43,104 nt of DNA from a phage. The stretch lies in sequence record PZ445418.1; one strand, given 5' to 3'. Positions 1-9,369 of the stretch are shown here, one piece after another; the stretch's first letter is position 1, and the number at the start of each line of letters is the position of its first letter. The notes beneath the pieces were generated by a model. It had not been told where the DNA came from. It saw only the letters and a program-made list of their open reading frames with translations, and searched no databases. The translations under genes were made by a program, and so were the position numbers.

Positions 1-1386
1 ATGCGTAACTACGCGGAAGAACACCGCGCACTTGAACGCGCGATCGCAAAGCGCAACCGACCGCCGCGCCCGACACGCGTTGCGCAGGCCGTCCGCCTGT
101 ATCAACCTGATTGCCTTCCTCACCAGGTCGAACTACTGCGCGACACAAAGACTAAAATACTCGGCCTGTGTTCCGGCTTCGGTGGCGGTAAGTCATGGGT
201 CGCGGCGAGAAAGGTCATCCAGCTTTTAACCCTGAACCCCGGTCATGATGGCATCGTGACAGAACCGACTATTCCCCTCCTGGTTAAAATCATGTACCCG
301 GAACTGGAAAAGGCGTTTGACGAGGCGGGCTTCCGGTGGAAGTTCAATAAGCAGGACAAGATTTATAACGTGCTTGTGAAAGGCAAATGGACCCGCGTTA
401 TCTGTGAGTCAATGGAGAACTATACCCGCCTGATCGGGGTTAACGCCGCGTGGATTGTTGCCGACGAGTTCGATACCACGAAGCAAGACGTTGCGCTGGC
501 GGCGTATCACAAATTGCTCGGTCGTCTGCGTGCAGGCTTTGTACGCCAGTTCGTCATCGTGTCCACCCCGGAAGGCTACCGGGCGATGTATCAAATTTTC
601 GAGGTGGAGAAGGATAGCCAGAAACGTTTGATCCGGGCGAAGACCACCGACAACCACCATTTACCGGCAGACTTTATCGACACGCTGCGCAGCCAATACC
701 CGGCTAACCTGATCGACGCGTACCTGAACGGCCTGTTTGTTAACCTTACGTCGGGCGCGGTGTATAAGATGTTCAACCGTGATGAGAACGCCAGCACCGA
801 GGAAGTGCAACCGGATGACACGCTGATTATCGGTATGGACTTTAACGTCACGAAAATGGCGGCGGTCGTGTACGTCAGACGGCAGCGCATCACCGAAAAC
901 AAGGAGTTCCGCGACGAGATTCACGCAGTGGATGAATTTGTGGACCTGTTTGATACCCCGGCTATGATTGAGGCGATCGAGGAGCGATACCCCGATCATT
1001 GTGCCGCCGGTCGTGTTGTCGTTTACCCGGATAGCAGTGGTAAGTCTCGTAAGACTGTTAACGCATCATCGTCCGATATAGCGCAACTGGAAGACGCGGG
1101 CTTCGAGGTGGAGTATGACAGTGTTAACCCACCTGTGAAAGACCGATTGATCGCGATGAATACGATGATGTGCAACTCGAAGGGCGTGCGCCAGTATTTT
1201 GTCAACCTGGATAAATGCCCTACACTAGCGAAATGTCTGGAACAGCAGGTTTACGACCTGAAGAAAGGCGAGCCGGATAAAACCGCCGGTGTGGACCACA
1301 TGAACGATGCCGCGGGCTATCCAATTGCGCACCTGTTCCCAGTGATTCGCCCAATCGCCGTTGTTCCAACTGTAGACTTCTACTAA
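1..1386 (+). CDS. terL: terminase large subunit
   Basis: Walker A-like GFGGGKS, Walker B-like IVADEFD, C-terminal nuclease-like region; ATG at position 1 overlaps the TerS stop across the window junction. Confidence 0.85.
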   Translation: MRNYAEEHRALERAIAKRNRPPRPTRVAQAVRLYQPDCLPHQVELLRDTKTKILGLCSGFGGGKSWVAARKVIQLLTLNPGHDGIVTEPTIPLLVKIMYPELEKAFDEAGFRWKFNKQDKIYNVLVKGKWTRVICESMENYTRLIGVNAAWIVADEFDTTKQDVALAAYHKLLGRLRAGFVRQFVIVSTPEGYRAMYQIFEVEKDSQKRLIRAKTTDNHHLPADFIDTLRSQYPANLIDAYLNGLFVNLTSGAVYKMFNRDENASTEEVQPDDTLIIGMDFNVTKMAAVVYVRRQRITENKEFRDEIHAVDEFVDLFDTPAMIEAIEERYPDHCAAGRVVVYPDSSGKSRKTVNASSSDIAQLEDAGFEVEYDSVNPPVKDRLIAMNTMMCNSKGVRQYFVNLDKCPTLAKCLEQQVYDLKKGEPDKTAGVDHMNDAAGYPIAHLFPVIRPIAVVPTVDFY

Positions 1387-1396
1387 GGAAACGACC

Positions 1397-2917
1397 ATGA
1401 CCGTTAACGTTGACAACCAGCACCCACTTTATGCGCGCATCGCGCCCGAGTGGAAGATGATCCGCGATTGTGTAGCAGGGGAGCGCGCCGTGAAGGCGTG
1501 CGGCCCTTTGTACCTGCCACACCCAGCCAGTGGCGACAACACTGACCCGAAAGCACGGGCGAGATATAAGGCGTACAAGCAACGCGCTGTATTCCTTAAC
1601 GCCACCGCACGTACACTTAACGCGCTGTTAGGCGTTGCCTTTGCTAAACCGGTGAGTCTCGACCTTTCCGGGGCGATGGCTGACCTGATTGACGACGTAG
1701 ACGGTAGCGGTATGCCGCTACCGCAACTCCTGCGCGGTGCTATGTCGGAAGTGCTGCAATCAGGCCGTGCGGGCTTTATGGTGGACTACGACCGCCAGGC
1801 GCATTTTGATGAACTGGGTAACGTAGTGCCGCAGACAGCCGCCGAGATGGCGTCACACCGCCCGCTTATCCGCCTGTACACGGCAGAACAGATCATCAAC
1901 TGGCGGCAGACCCACGGCGTCGATACGCTGATTGTGCTGAAGGAGACGGACGAAATCAGCACTGAAGACCCGGACGACTTCGCAAACCACGAAGTAACAA
2001 TCTGGACCGAGCTTCGCATGATTAACGGTGCGGCACACGCCCGACGCTGGTTTTACAACGCGGACACGTCCGAGGTGCAAATGGACTTGCCGCGTGGATT
2101 TACCCGCACCGACCTTGTGCCGCTGGTGGATGCTGCCGGTAAAGCGCTGACACAGCTTCCGTTTTGCTGGTGTGGCGCGGTGGATAACAACGCAACGCCT
2201 GACGCCGCTCCGCTGGCGGATATCGCGTCCATCAACATTAAGCACTACAACGCCGAAGCGGACGTCGCCGAGATTGCGCATATTGTGGGTCAGCCTACCC
2301 TTGTTGCGACTGGTCTGACCCAATCATGGGTGGACAAAAACCTGAAAGGTGGCATCGCGCTCGGAGCGACTAAGGGCGTTATTCTGGGGCAGAACATGGA
2401 CGCCAAACTGATCCAGGCCGAGGAGCGCAACTTGTCTGTTGCGCTGTGTGAGCGACGCGAATTGCAAATGGCTAAACTTGGCGCGGCCCTGGTTGAGAAG
2501 GGGACCGCACCCAAGACGGCAACTGAAGCGGCATACGACGCGCAGACTGATAACAGTATCCTGTCACTGATTGCCGGTAACGTTGAGAAGGCTTTCAACC
2601 GTGCGCTGCAAATCGTGCAGCTTTTCACGGGCGACACCGCCGACCAGCGTGTGACGCTGAATAAGTTCTACACCGAAATCACGGTTGATGCGCAGCTTAT
2701 GACCGCGATGATGTCGGGGGTGCAGACCGGCACGGTCCGCCTGGCTGATTTCATCAAGTGGATGATGGCGCAGGGCGTCATCGACGACTCGCAAACCGTC
2801 GAGCAGGTGGAAGACGAACTGCGAAATCAGAATCCATTGCCTCAAATGTCCCCTGATGCGGTAGAATCTACCGAAGAAGACCCGGACAAGGTAGCGGACA
2901 ATGGCGAAGACAATTAA
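1397..2917 (+). CDS. portal protein
   Basis: 506 aa ORF immediately after TerL, RBS AAGGAAA upstream; size and position typical of portal. Confidence 0.7.
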   Translation: MTVNVDNQHPLYARIAPEWKMIRDCVAGERAVKACGPLYLPHPASGDNTDPKARARYKAYKQRAVFLNATARTLNALLGVAFAKPVSLDLSGAMADLIDDVDGSGMPLPQLLRGAMSEVLQSGRAGFMVDYDRQAHFDELGNVVPQTAAEMASHRPLIRLYTAEQIINWRQTHGVDTLIVLKETDEISTEDPDDFANHEVTIWTELRMINGAAHARRWFYNADTSEVQMDLPRGFTRTDLVPLVDAAGKALTQLPFCWCGAVDNNATPDAAPLADIASINIKHYNAEADVAEIAHIVGQPTLVATGLTQSWVDKNLKGGIALGATKGVILGQNMDAKLIQAEERNLSVALCERRELQMAKLGAALVEKGTAPKTATEAAYDAQTDNSILSLIAGNVEKAFNRALQIVQLFTGDTADQRVTLNKFYTEITVDAQLMTAMMSGVQTGTVRLADFIKWMMAQGVIDDSQTVEQVEDELRNQNPLPQMSPDAVESTEEDPDKVADNGEDN

Positions 2918-4004
2918 TCAATATATGGCGGACCGCATGATCCGCCGTCACATCTTCACCCAGCGCCTGAGCAATGACCAGGCGCGGAGGGTGCTGGCTA
3001 TGTGGGAGAAGTTCCGGCCCACGTTACTGGGTAAGCTGACCGAGTTACTTGATGGCAAAAAGTCCATGAACAACAAGGCACTTACCACTTTGTTAACGCA
3101 ACTCGACAAGACCGTTAAAGCAGAATTGCGCACCGAGTTTAAGGCGTTGGCCGAAAGCCTTCAGGAGTTTGCCGACACCGAGGCCGATTATCTCGCCGAC
3201 ACATTGACGGCAGCGATCCAGCCGGTGGTCGCCGTACCGGCGGTCGAGGTGGTTGGCGTAGTGACCGGTGCGCAGATCGCAGCTACGGCAATGAAAAACC
3301 CGTTCCAGGGTAATACGATGATGCAATGGCCTGACTCACTTTCTGAGTGGACCAGGACGCAGATCGGCAATCAGGTGCGCGCCGGATTCATCCAGGGCAA
3401 GCCGACTATGGAAATTATTGCGGACGTGAGGCGCGCGCTAGGCGGTCGTAGTGCGCAAGCTATCTCGAGCGTTGTTAAATCCGCAGTAAACCACTATGCG
3501 GCGACGGCCCGCGAACTAATGGTAAAAGCAAATGACGATATTCTCGAAGGTCGCCAATGGTTATCTACATTGGACACGCATACTTCTCCCATGTGCCAGC
3601 TACGCGATCGCCTGTTCTATCCGGTCGATGTTACTCCCACTACAAAAGGCAAGCGCGGCGGGAAAGTGGTGGCGGGATCACAATATGGCGCTGGTCCGGG
3701 CAAGCTGCATTATTGCTGCCGTTCGACGGAGACGTGGAAAGTCAAAGGTATGGAAGATTGGCCCAGTGGTAAGCGTCCGGCACTGAAGGCCGACGCAGGC
3801 AGATTGCTGAGTGAGCAGGTCGACGCGCAGACTGATTTCTTCTCATGGGTGCAGCGCCAGCCGCGCCATATCCTGGAGGAATTATATGGAGTGCAACGCG
3901 CCGACCAGATTATGCGCGGCGTGAAAGTGCCGAAGATGTTTACCGATTCTGGCGAACTGATGACTATTGCACAGCTTAAAAACCGGGGGTTATGGCGTGA
4001 TTAA
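2901..4004 (+). CDS. MuF-like minor head / head morphogenesis protein
   Basis: 367 aa, follows portal; C-terminal W-STLD-THTSPMC segment resembles Mu F family. Confidence 0.55.
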   Translation: MAKTINQYMADRMIRRHIFTQRLSNDQARRVLAMWEKFRPTLLGKLTELLDGKKSMNNKALTTLLTQLDKTVKAELRTEFKALAESLQEFADTEADYLADTLTAAIQPVVAVPAVEVVGVVTGAQIAATAMKNPFQGNTMMQWPDSLSEWTRTQIGNQVRAGFIQGKPTMEIIADVRRALGGRSAQAISSVVKSAVNHYAATARELMVKANDDILEGRQWLSTLDTHTSPMCQLRDRLFYPVDVTPTTKGKRGGKVVAGSQYGAGPGKLHYCCRSTETWKVKGMEDWPSGKRPALKADAGRLLSEQVDAQTDFFSWVQRQPRHILEELYGVQRADQIMRGVKVPKMFTDSGELMTIAQLKNRGLWRD

Positions 4005-4305
4005 GTATGCAGCGATTGGGCTGGTAATTGGCCTGGCGGTTGGATTCTGGCAGGGTGATTCCTACCGCACTGGCGTTGAGGCGAGAGCGGCGCAAGAAGC
4101 GCAAGCGAAAGCCCAACGGCAGCAAACTAAGGTTGTCGAGGGGGCTGTGCAGGCAGAACAGGCCCGCGATGTGGAATACCGGACTATCACGAAAGAGGTT
4201 GTTAAATATGTTACGCGCCCTAACCGCCCTGATTGTAGTTTTGATTCTGAGCGCGTGCGGATCAAGCAACGTGCCATTGATGCCGCTAACCGAGTCGGTT
4301 TATAG
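3997..4305 (+). CDS. putative i-spanin (Rz-like)
   Basis: N-terminal TM helix (IKYAAIGLVIGLAVGFW) then Ala/Gln-rich helical domain; GTG at 3997 preceded by GGGGG; a TTG at 3967 is the alternative start. Confidence 0.4.
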   Translation: MIKYAAIGLVIGLAVGFWQGDSYRTGVEARAAQEAQAKAQRQQTKVVEGAVQAEQARDVEYRTITKEVVKYVTRPNRPDCSFDSERVRIKQRAIDAANRVGL

Positions 4306-4438
4306 ACCGCCTTGCACCTTTGAGAATGCCTCGGCAGACCCAGACGAAGACTTGCTTGTTGATGTTAAAAATATGGAGTGTGGGGCAAAGTTAAGGGCGC
4401 AAGTGCTGGAGTTGCAGAAAATAATTCGGGGGCCGTGA
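4208..4438 (+). CDS. putative o-spanin (Rz1-like lipoprotein)
   Basis: starts inside the Rz-like gene in another frame; lipobox LSAC after hydrophobic signal; RBS AAAGAGG 9 nt upstream of ATG; Pro/Cys-containing mature part. Confidence 0.45.
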   Translation: MLRALTALIVVLILSACGSSNVPLMPLTESVYRPPCTFENASADPDEDLLVDVKNMECGAKLRAQVLELQKIIRGP

Positions 4439-4452
4439 TGGCCCCTTTTTTG
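4428..4452 (+). terminator. intrinsic terminator
   Basis: GGGGCC-gtgat-GGCCCC hairpin followed by TTTTTT. Confidence 0.7.
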
Positions 4453-5217
4453 TTATCGCGGAATACCGCAAATCTCGTTTAACGTCTTCACGTCCAGTGC
4501 CACCGCCGTGGACTTCGGCTTGTCAGGGTACGGAATGAATTGTTCCACTTCAGGCCACGCCTTGATCAGCTTCTTATCGGTATTGTGCAAATCCAGCACG
4601 CCAGTTACGGTTAGTTTGAACGCGTCATACTTCGCGCGCAAATCGCGGCGGGCCTTGTCGTTACGGTCAAGGCGCTTGCAGAAATCATGGTCCGCCGGGT
4701 AGTCTACGCGACCGCGCGGAAGATATATCGGCAGCGATTTTCCGTCCTCGTCCACTTCGCACACTGAAGCCAGCATAACTTCCTCGTACCCCGGTACGAT
4801 ATCGCCGAGATCGGGAGATAGCTTATTCATATATTTCTCTTCCCAGTATCCGCGGTGCAGGCGGTATCGGAATCCATCGCCGCTCAATGATACGGTGCGA
4901 ACATTACCTCCTGCGTTGATATCGAATCCGGCGCTATAAACGCTGCCGATGCCTTTTGGCCGGTCGGAGTTATAGCTATACGTCGCCTTGTCGGTGTAAA
5001 CGCTAACGCCATACATCTGCGACTGGTTATCGCGGATTTCTGCGATATATGCGCGTAACTCGGCGAACGTGCGAATGCCTTCCGGCATACAGTCCAGCGT
5101 AATGGCGTACGCCAAGTCGCGAGAGTCCATCATGATGGATTTTGCTTCGGTCGCGATTTCATGGTCGCGCAGGATGTTAGCCAGAATCTTGTTTTTAACG
5201 TCTTTTGTCAGTCTCAT
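4453..5217 (-). CDS. hypothetical protein (opposite-strand gene inside head module)
   Basis: 254 aa from internal ATG (MRLTKD) of the 390-aa track ORF; own promoter upstream; no recognisable motif. Confidence 0.55.
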   Translation of the reverse strand: MRLTKDVKNKILANILRDHEIATEAKSIMMDSRDLAYAITLDCMPEGIRTFAELRAYIAEIRDNQSQMYGVSVYTDKATYSYNSDRPKGIGSVYSAGFDINAGGNVRTVSLSGDGFRYRLHRGYWEEKYMNKLSPDLGDIVPGYEEVMLASVCEVDEDGKSLPIYLPRGRVDYPADHDFCKRLDRNDKARRDLRAKYDAFKLTVTGVLDLHNTDKKLIKAWPEVEQFIPYPDKPKSTAVALDVKTLNEICGIPR

Positions 5218-5246
5218 TTTTGCGTCCTCGTTGTTGGTGTGCAACC

Positions 5247-5275
5247 AATATATGCAACCAATACGCGGATTGCAA
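5247..5275 (-). promoter_or_regulatory. sigma70-like promoter TTGCAA-17-TATATT
   Basis: hexamers with 17-bp spacer on minus strand; two TGCAACCAAT copies (5240-5249, 5253-5262) overlap it. Confidence 0.5.
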
Positions 5276-5365
5276 GCGAATTTTGCGATTATTTTTATCA
5301 CTGATAATATTAGAGGCGTGAAGTCGAGCGGGTGGCCCGCTCTGCCACAATCCCAGGGGGATAGC

Positions 5366-6070
5366 ATGAAACTTACTAAAGCAGAATATGACGCGTTGCC
5401 GGAAGGTATGAAGGCGCTTTTTGTTGCCGATGGTGACGGGTATAAATCAACGTTCATGACCGCAGAAGAAGTACAGGCGGAAATCAAGGGTCTGAAAGAC
5501 AACAACGCGAAGCTGGTGAGCGAGAAGAAAGCAGAAGCCGAACGCCGCGCCGAAGCTGAGCGCCTTGCGAAAGAGAAAGAGGAAGCCGCCGCGCGCAAAA
5601 ATGGCGACCTCGAAGCGATCGACAAGTCCTGGAAAGATAAGTTTGCGAAACACGAAGCAGATACATCGGGAAAAATCGAAGCCTACCGCAAGCAGATCCA
5701 CGATCTAACCATCGGCAGCGCTGCCAAAGACCTGGCGTCGAAGCTGTTCGGTAAGAATGCGGGCATCATGCAACGCCACGTAATGGACCGCCTGACGCTG
5801 GAAGACGGTGAAGACGGCAGCTTGAAAGTGCGTGTCTTGCAGGATGGCAAACCGTCCGCGCTGACTATGGAAGAGCTTGAAAAAGAGTTCCGTAATAACG
5901 CCGATTTTGCATCCGTCCTGGCTGGCACGCCAGCCGGTGGCGCGCCTAGCAAACCGACGCAGGTTGTCGAAGATGTGAAGTCGAAAATCACTATGGGCCA
6001 TAGCTTCGGCATCACTGACCTTACGAAACAGGCAGGTGATATCATCGCTAAGATGGGCGACGACGAGTAA
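5366..6070 (+). CDS. scaffolding protein
   Basis: 234 aa, Ala/Glu/Lys-rich helical sequence directly upstream of capsid gene; RBS GGGGGA. Confidence 0.6.
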   Translation: MKLTKAEYDALPEGMKALFVADGDGYKSTFMTAEEVQAEIKGLKDNNAKLVSEKKAEAERRAEAERLAKEKEEAAARKNGDLEAIDKSWKDKFAKHEADTSGKIEAYRKQIHDLTIGSAAKDLASKLFGKNAGIMQRHVMDRLTLEDGEDGSLKVRVLQDGKPSALTMEELEKEFRNNADFASVLAGTPAGGAPSKPTQVVEDVKSKITMGHSFGITDLTKQAGDIIAKMGDDE

Positions 6071-6074
6071 GCAG

Positions 6075-6100
6075 ATTGCCCGCGAAAGCGGGCAATTTTG
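6075..6100 (+). terminator. intrinsic terminator (weak U-tract)
   Basis: ATTGCCCGC-gaaa-GCGGGCAAT then TTTTG. Confidence 0.45.
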
Positions 6101-6167
6101 CGAGCGCGTAAATCTAAGGTAACATTAACGTCACTGGGCGAATGCTCACAACTCAAAGGATTTCGAT

Positions 6168-7271
6168 ATGTCTTTAACAGTGTTCCAGCGTAAACTCGTT
6201 ACCGCGGTTACGCAAATGATCCCCGACAACCTGAACGTATTCAACGCTGCCGCCAATGGCGCTGTTGTTCTCGGTACTGGTGAAGTGCTGAAGGATGTTG
6301 TAGAAAAAATGTCCGTAGGCTTGATCGCCAACCTTGTTACCGACCGTAACGCCTACGCCCCTGTCGGTACTCCGGCAACCGCTAAAGTGCTGGCGCGTAT
6401 GCTGACCAACTCGGTTAACCTGTCCGCGAAAGTGGGTCCGGTGGCAATCACTAAGGCTATGATGGCTAAGATCGAAACCAACGTTAACAGCGTTGCGGCT
6501 GAGATTGCGGCACAGGCCACGCAAGCGATTATGCTGCATTACCTAAAAGCGGGTATCGGTGCGGGTAAAGCGGCGATCGAGAGCAACAACAACAACGCGG
6601 TATACACCCAACCGGCGCGCGTTGATGGCGTTGGCGGTCGTATCTTCCCGACCCTGGCTGACTTCCCGCTGGCGGCTTCTAAGTTCGGCGATCAGGCGTC
6701 TTTGATTAAGTCCTGGTTTATGGACGGCGTTACCTGGGCAAACTTCATTGCATACCAGGCGCTCCCTTCCGCTGAACAGGTATTCGCGATTGGCGATCTT
6801 CAGGTAATGGGCGATGGCCTGGGCCGTCGTTTCATTATCTCCGATGCCGCTGCCGATGCTATGGGTGCTGGTAAAATGCTGGGTCTGGTCCCTGGCGCGG
6901 TTGCAGTTACCACCAACGGCCTCGATATGCTGGCGCAGGAGAAAGGCGGTAACGAGAACATTGAGCGCTGGTGGCAGGGTGAGTTCGACTTCAACGTGGC
7001 TGTTAAAGGCTACCGTCTGAAGGCGTCCGCTCGTACCCCGATCGAAGGCGTCCGCTCGTTCAAGCTGTCCGATATCACCACCAAGGACAACTGGGAACTG
7101 GACCAGGGCCAGGTAGACAACGCACCGGCAACCGTTCAAGATGTTGGCGCTGTGGGTGATGGCGATACTAAAGGCCGTCGTAAGACCCAGGCCGCACAGG
7201 AAGTGCCGACCCGTCACATCAAGGAAACGGCTGGCGTACTGGTTACGCTGACTGCGACCACAGCGTCCTAA
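6168..7271 (+). CDS. major capsid protein
   Basis: 367 aa ORF after scaffold, followed by a strong terminator; position and size. Confidence 0.65.
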   Translation: MSLTVFQRKLVTAVTQMIPDNLNVFNAAANGAVVLGTGEVLKDVVEKMSVGLIANLVTDRNAYAPVGTPATAKVLARMLTNSVNLSAKVGPVAITKAMMAKIETNVNSVAAEIAAQATQAIMLHYLKAGIGAGKAAIESNNNNAVYTQPARVDGVGGRIFPTLADFPLAASKFGDQASLIKSWFMDGVTWANFIAYQALPSAEQVFAIGDLQVMGDGLGRRFIISDAAADAMGAGKMLGLVPGAVAVTTNGLDMLAQEKGGNENIERWWQGEFDFNVAVKGYRLKASARTPIEGVRSFKLSDITTKDNWELDQGQVDNAPATVQDVGAVGDGDTKGRRKTQAAQEVPTRHIKETAGVLVTLTATTAS

Positions 7272-7288
7272 CAGGCGCACATCCCAAA

Positions 7289-7314
7289 GGGGCGGGCATA
7301 AGCCCGCCTTTTTT
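7289..7314 (+). terminator. intrinsic terminator
   Basis: GGCGGGC-ataa-GCCCGCC followed by TTTTTT. Confidence 0.75.
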
Positions 7315-7329
7315 ATAGGAGTGAATACA

Positions 7330-7830
7330 ATGTATGGCGACCCGCAAACCTTTGTCGATTATGCCGCTGCGCGAGGCGTTGAAATTACGCTGGGCGATGC
7401 AACGCGACACCTTACCATCGTTAATGACTTCCTTAACGGCATCAACTGGATCGGCGAACAAGCAGACCAGACCGGAATCGACGCATGGCCCCGCATTAAT
7501 TACCCGTCAGACGGTAAGCCGGTGCGGGACACGCTCACTGAAGTTGTGGCGGTAGTGCCTGCCGGGAAGATCGTAGACTTCGCATCAATCCCCGTTGCTG
7601 TTGAGCAAGCCGTTTACCGGCTGGCAATGTTGGTGGCTGACGAGGTCGATATTTCTCCGATCGGCGATGGCAAGGAGACTATCCGCGAAACTGTAGGCCC
7701 GATCACGATGGAATATGACCCCGCGACGATTGGTAGCGGGGTGTCGTTCCCGTGGTGGGATGGCTTGCTGGGCCACTGGATTGACTCAAACGGCAACGCA
7801 GCGGGTAATTTTGACGTATTCCGGGGGTGA
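7330..7830 (+). CDS. putative head-tail connector protein
   Basis: ATG at 7330 with AGGAG RBS; position between capsid and tail genes. Confidence 0.45.
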   Translation: MYGDPQTFVDYAAARGVEITLGDATRHLTIVNDFLNGINWIGEQADQTGIDAWPRINYPSDGKPVRDTLTEVVAVVPAGKIVDFASIPVAVEQAVYRLAMLVADEVDISPIGDGKETIRETVGPITMEYDPATIGSGVSFPWWDGLLGHWIDSNGNAAGNFDVFRG

Positions 7831-7831
7831 T

Positions 7832-7951
7832 ATGAATCCTGCATTACTGGCGGCTATTATCGCCGCAAATACTAAACAGCCGACGGAACAAGAACCGGAG
7901 CCAGAACCAGTACCACCGGCACAGGAGAGCGAAGAAGATGGCGGGCTTTAA
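7832..7951 (+). CDS. small Pro/Glu-rich hypothetical protein
   Basis: 39 aa, ATG preceded by GGGGGTGA. Confidence 0.3.
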   Translation: MNPALLAAIIAANTKQPTEQEPEPEPVPPAQESEEDGGL

Positions 7952-8291
7952 TTACGCAGGATTAAAGCGGAAAGTGAATCCGCTGATTAAAAAATTCGGC
8001 ATGACCGTTACGGTTACGCGTCCGGGATCGGTTGACCGCGTAGACGGCGAAGAAGTTGTCATCCCACCGACCTCGTTTGACGTCATCGGTCTTCGCGAGG
8101 AGTACGAGCCGAGCGAGATCGACGGAACGCGTATCGTTGCCGGTGATGTGAAGTTTTTATGTCGGGCGGTTGAGCAATTGCGGGTGGGCGACCTGGTTAA
8201 CCTGAACGGCACTGACTACCGGGTCGTCAACCCTAACCCACTGCAACCAGCTGGCACTACCATGCTGTTTCAACTACAGCTAAGGGGCTAA
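7938..8291 (+). CDS. putative head-tail adaptor / head closure protein
   Basis: 117 aa, position in connector region. Confidence 0.45.
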   Translation: MAGFNYAGLKRKVNPLIKKFGMTVTVTRPGSVDRVDGEEVVIPPTSFDVIGLREEYEPSEIDGTRIVAGDVKFLCRAVEQLRVGDLVNLNGTDYRVVNPNPLQPAGTTMLFQLQLRG

Positions 8292-8292
8292 C

Positions 8293-8886
8293 GTGGCTGA
8301 AGTCTACTCATTCGCCGCCACTATTGCTACGTGGGTGGATAAGACGAAGGAGAACAACGATAAGGCGGTGCGGGCGTACGGAATGCAAATACTCGGACGC
8401 CTTATTGAGATCTCCCCAGTGGGCGACCCTCGCCGGTGGAAGATTAACAGGGCGTACGCGATGGCCCGCCAGCACGCGAACAAGGTGAACGCCGCACAGC
8501 GCCGCAAGAATGGCGGCAAACTGAAGCGCGGACAGAAGAAGCACGCCAGTGTGCTGGTATCATTCAAGACTAAAAACGGCAACGTCACGTTCCGCCAGCG
8601 TGGCTGGGCCGCGAAGAATTACACCGGTGGGCGCTTCCGTGGGAACTGGCAGGTGACGTTCGACCGCCCGGCTGTCGGCGCTATTGACCGCGTGGATAAG
8701 GCCGGAACGGCAACATTAGCCGCGGGGCGTGAAGTGCTGGCGCATTACGATTCCGGTGAATACGGGTCGATCTGGTTTACTAACAATGTGCCGTATGCGA
8801 AGCGACTTGAGTATGGTTGGAGTCTACAAGCGCCTGCGGGGATTGTTCGCGTCGTAGCGGCAGAAATTAATTCGAAGGTGAAATAA
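8293..8886 (+). CDS. putative neck / tail completion protein
   Basis: 197 aa, GTG start abutting previous stop; position. Confidence 0.45.
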   Translation: MAEVYSFAATIATWVDKTKENNDKAVRAYGMQILGRLIEISPVGDPRRWKINRAYAMARQHANKVNAAQRRKNGGKLKRGQKKHASVLVSFKTKNGNVTFRQRGWAAKNYTGGRFRGNWQVTFDRPAVGAIDRVDKAGTATLAAGREVLAHYDSGEYGSIWFTNNVPYAKRLEYGWSLQAPAGIVRVVAAEINSKVK

Positions 8887-9308
8887 TGAGCAATACTCTA
8901 ATCCGCAAGGCGCTTAACAGCGTAGTAGAAGAATTATCGGTTAGCCTGAGCACTAGCACGCGCCCGATAAAGGTTAACTGGGAGAACGTGAGCGGCGACC
9001 ACGCAAACGGCAGCGGTGTCTACCTGGAGCCATATCTGCTTCCGGCCCCTACCCAGTTTGTGGGCTTCCAGCAGAAGGGCCGGATCTATGCAGGCGTGTA
9101 TCAGGTTGCTGTGGTATTTCCTGCGGGCACTGGCACACAGTATGCGAGCGAACTGGCGGACGCCATCGCGACGTCTGACAAGTGGCAGGCCGTAAGGCTT
9201 ACCGGCGCTGCATTCCAGCTTCAGGACGCGCCATACACCAGTTCAGTGATTGAAGACGTTGATCGCGCCCGCATCGTGGTTACAGTCCCCTACACCTGTT
9301 GCGCCTGA
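8886..9308 (+). CDS. putative tail terminator protein
   Basis: 140 aa, ATGA overlap with previous gene, immediately upstream of major tail gene. Confidence 0.45.
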   Translation: MSNTLIRKALNSVVEELSVSLSTSTRPIKVNWENVSGDHANGSGVYLEPYLLPAPTQFVGFQQKGRIYAGVYQVAVVFPAGTGTQYASELADAIATSDKWQAVRLTGAAFQLQDAPYTSSVIEDVDRARIVVTVPYTCCA

Positions 9309-9369
9309 TTTGGCGCTATTCTGCGCGTGCTGTATCATTAATCCGTATATCTAAACAGGAGCGTTCATT

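Noticed and set aside
4028-4207. N-terminal 60 aa of the 136-aa track ORF (MAWRLDSGRV...RRKKRKRK)
   Set aside because: Overlaps the Rz-like gene in another frame, lacks an RBS and is highly basic; the real product most likely starts at the ATG at 4208 with its AAAGAGG RBS and lipoprotein signal.
6543-7280. 245-aa minus-strand ORF antisense to the major capsid gene; similar long antisense ORFs at 16646..17074, 19233..19763, 21810..22580 and 37314..38051
   Set aside because: Each lies wholly inside a well-supported gene on the other strand, has no RBS and has biased low-complexity composition; treated as shadow ORFs.
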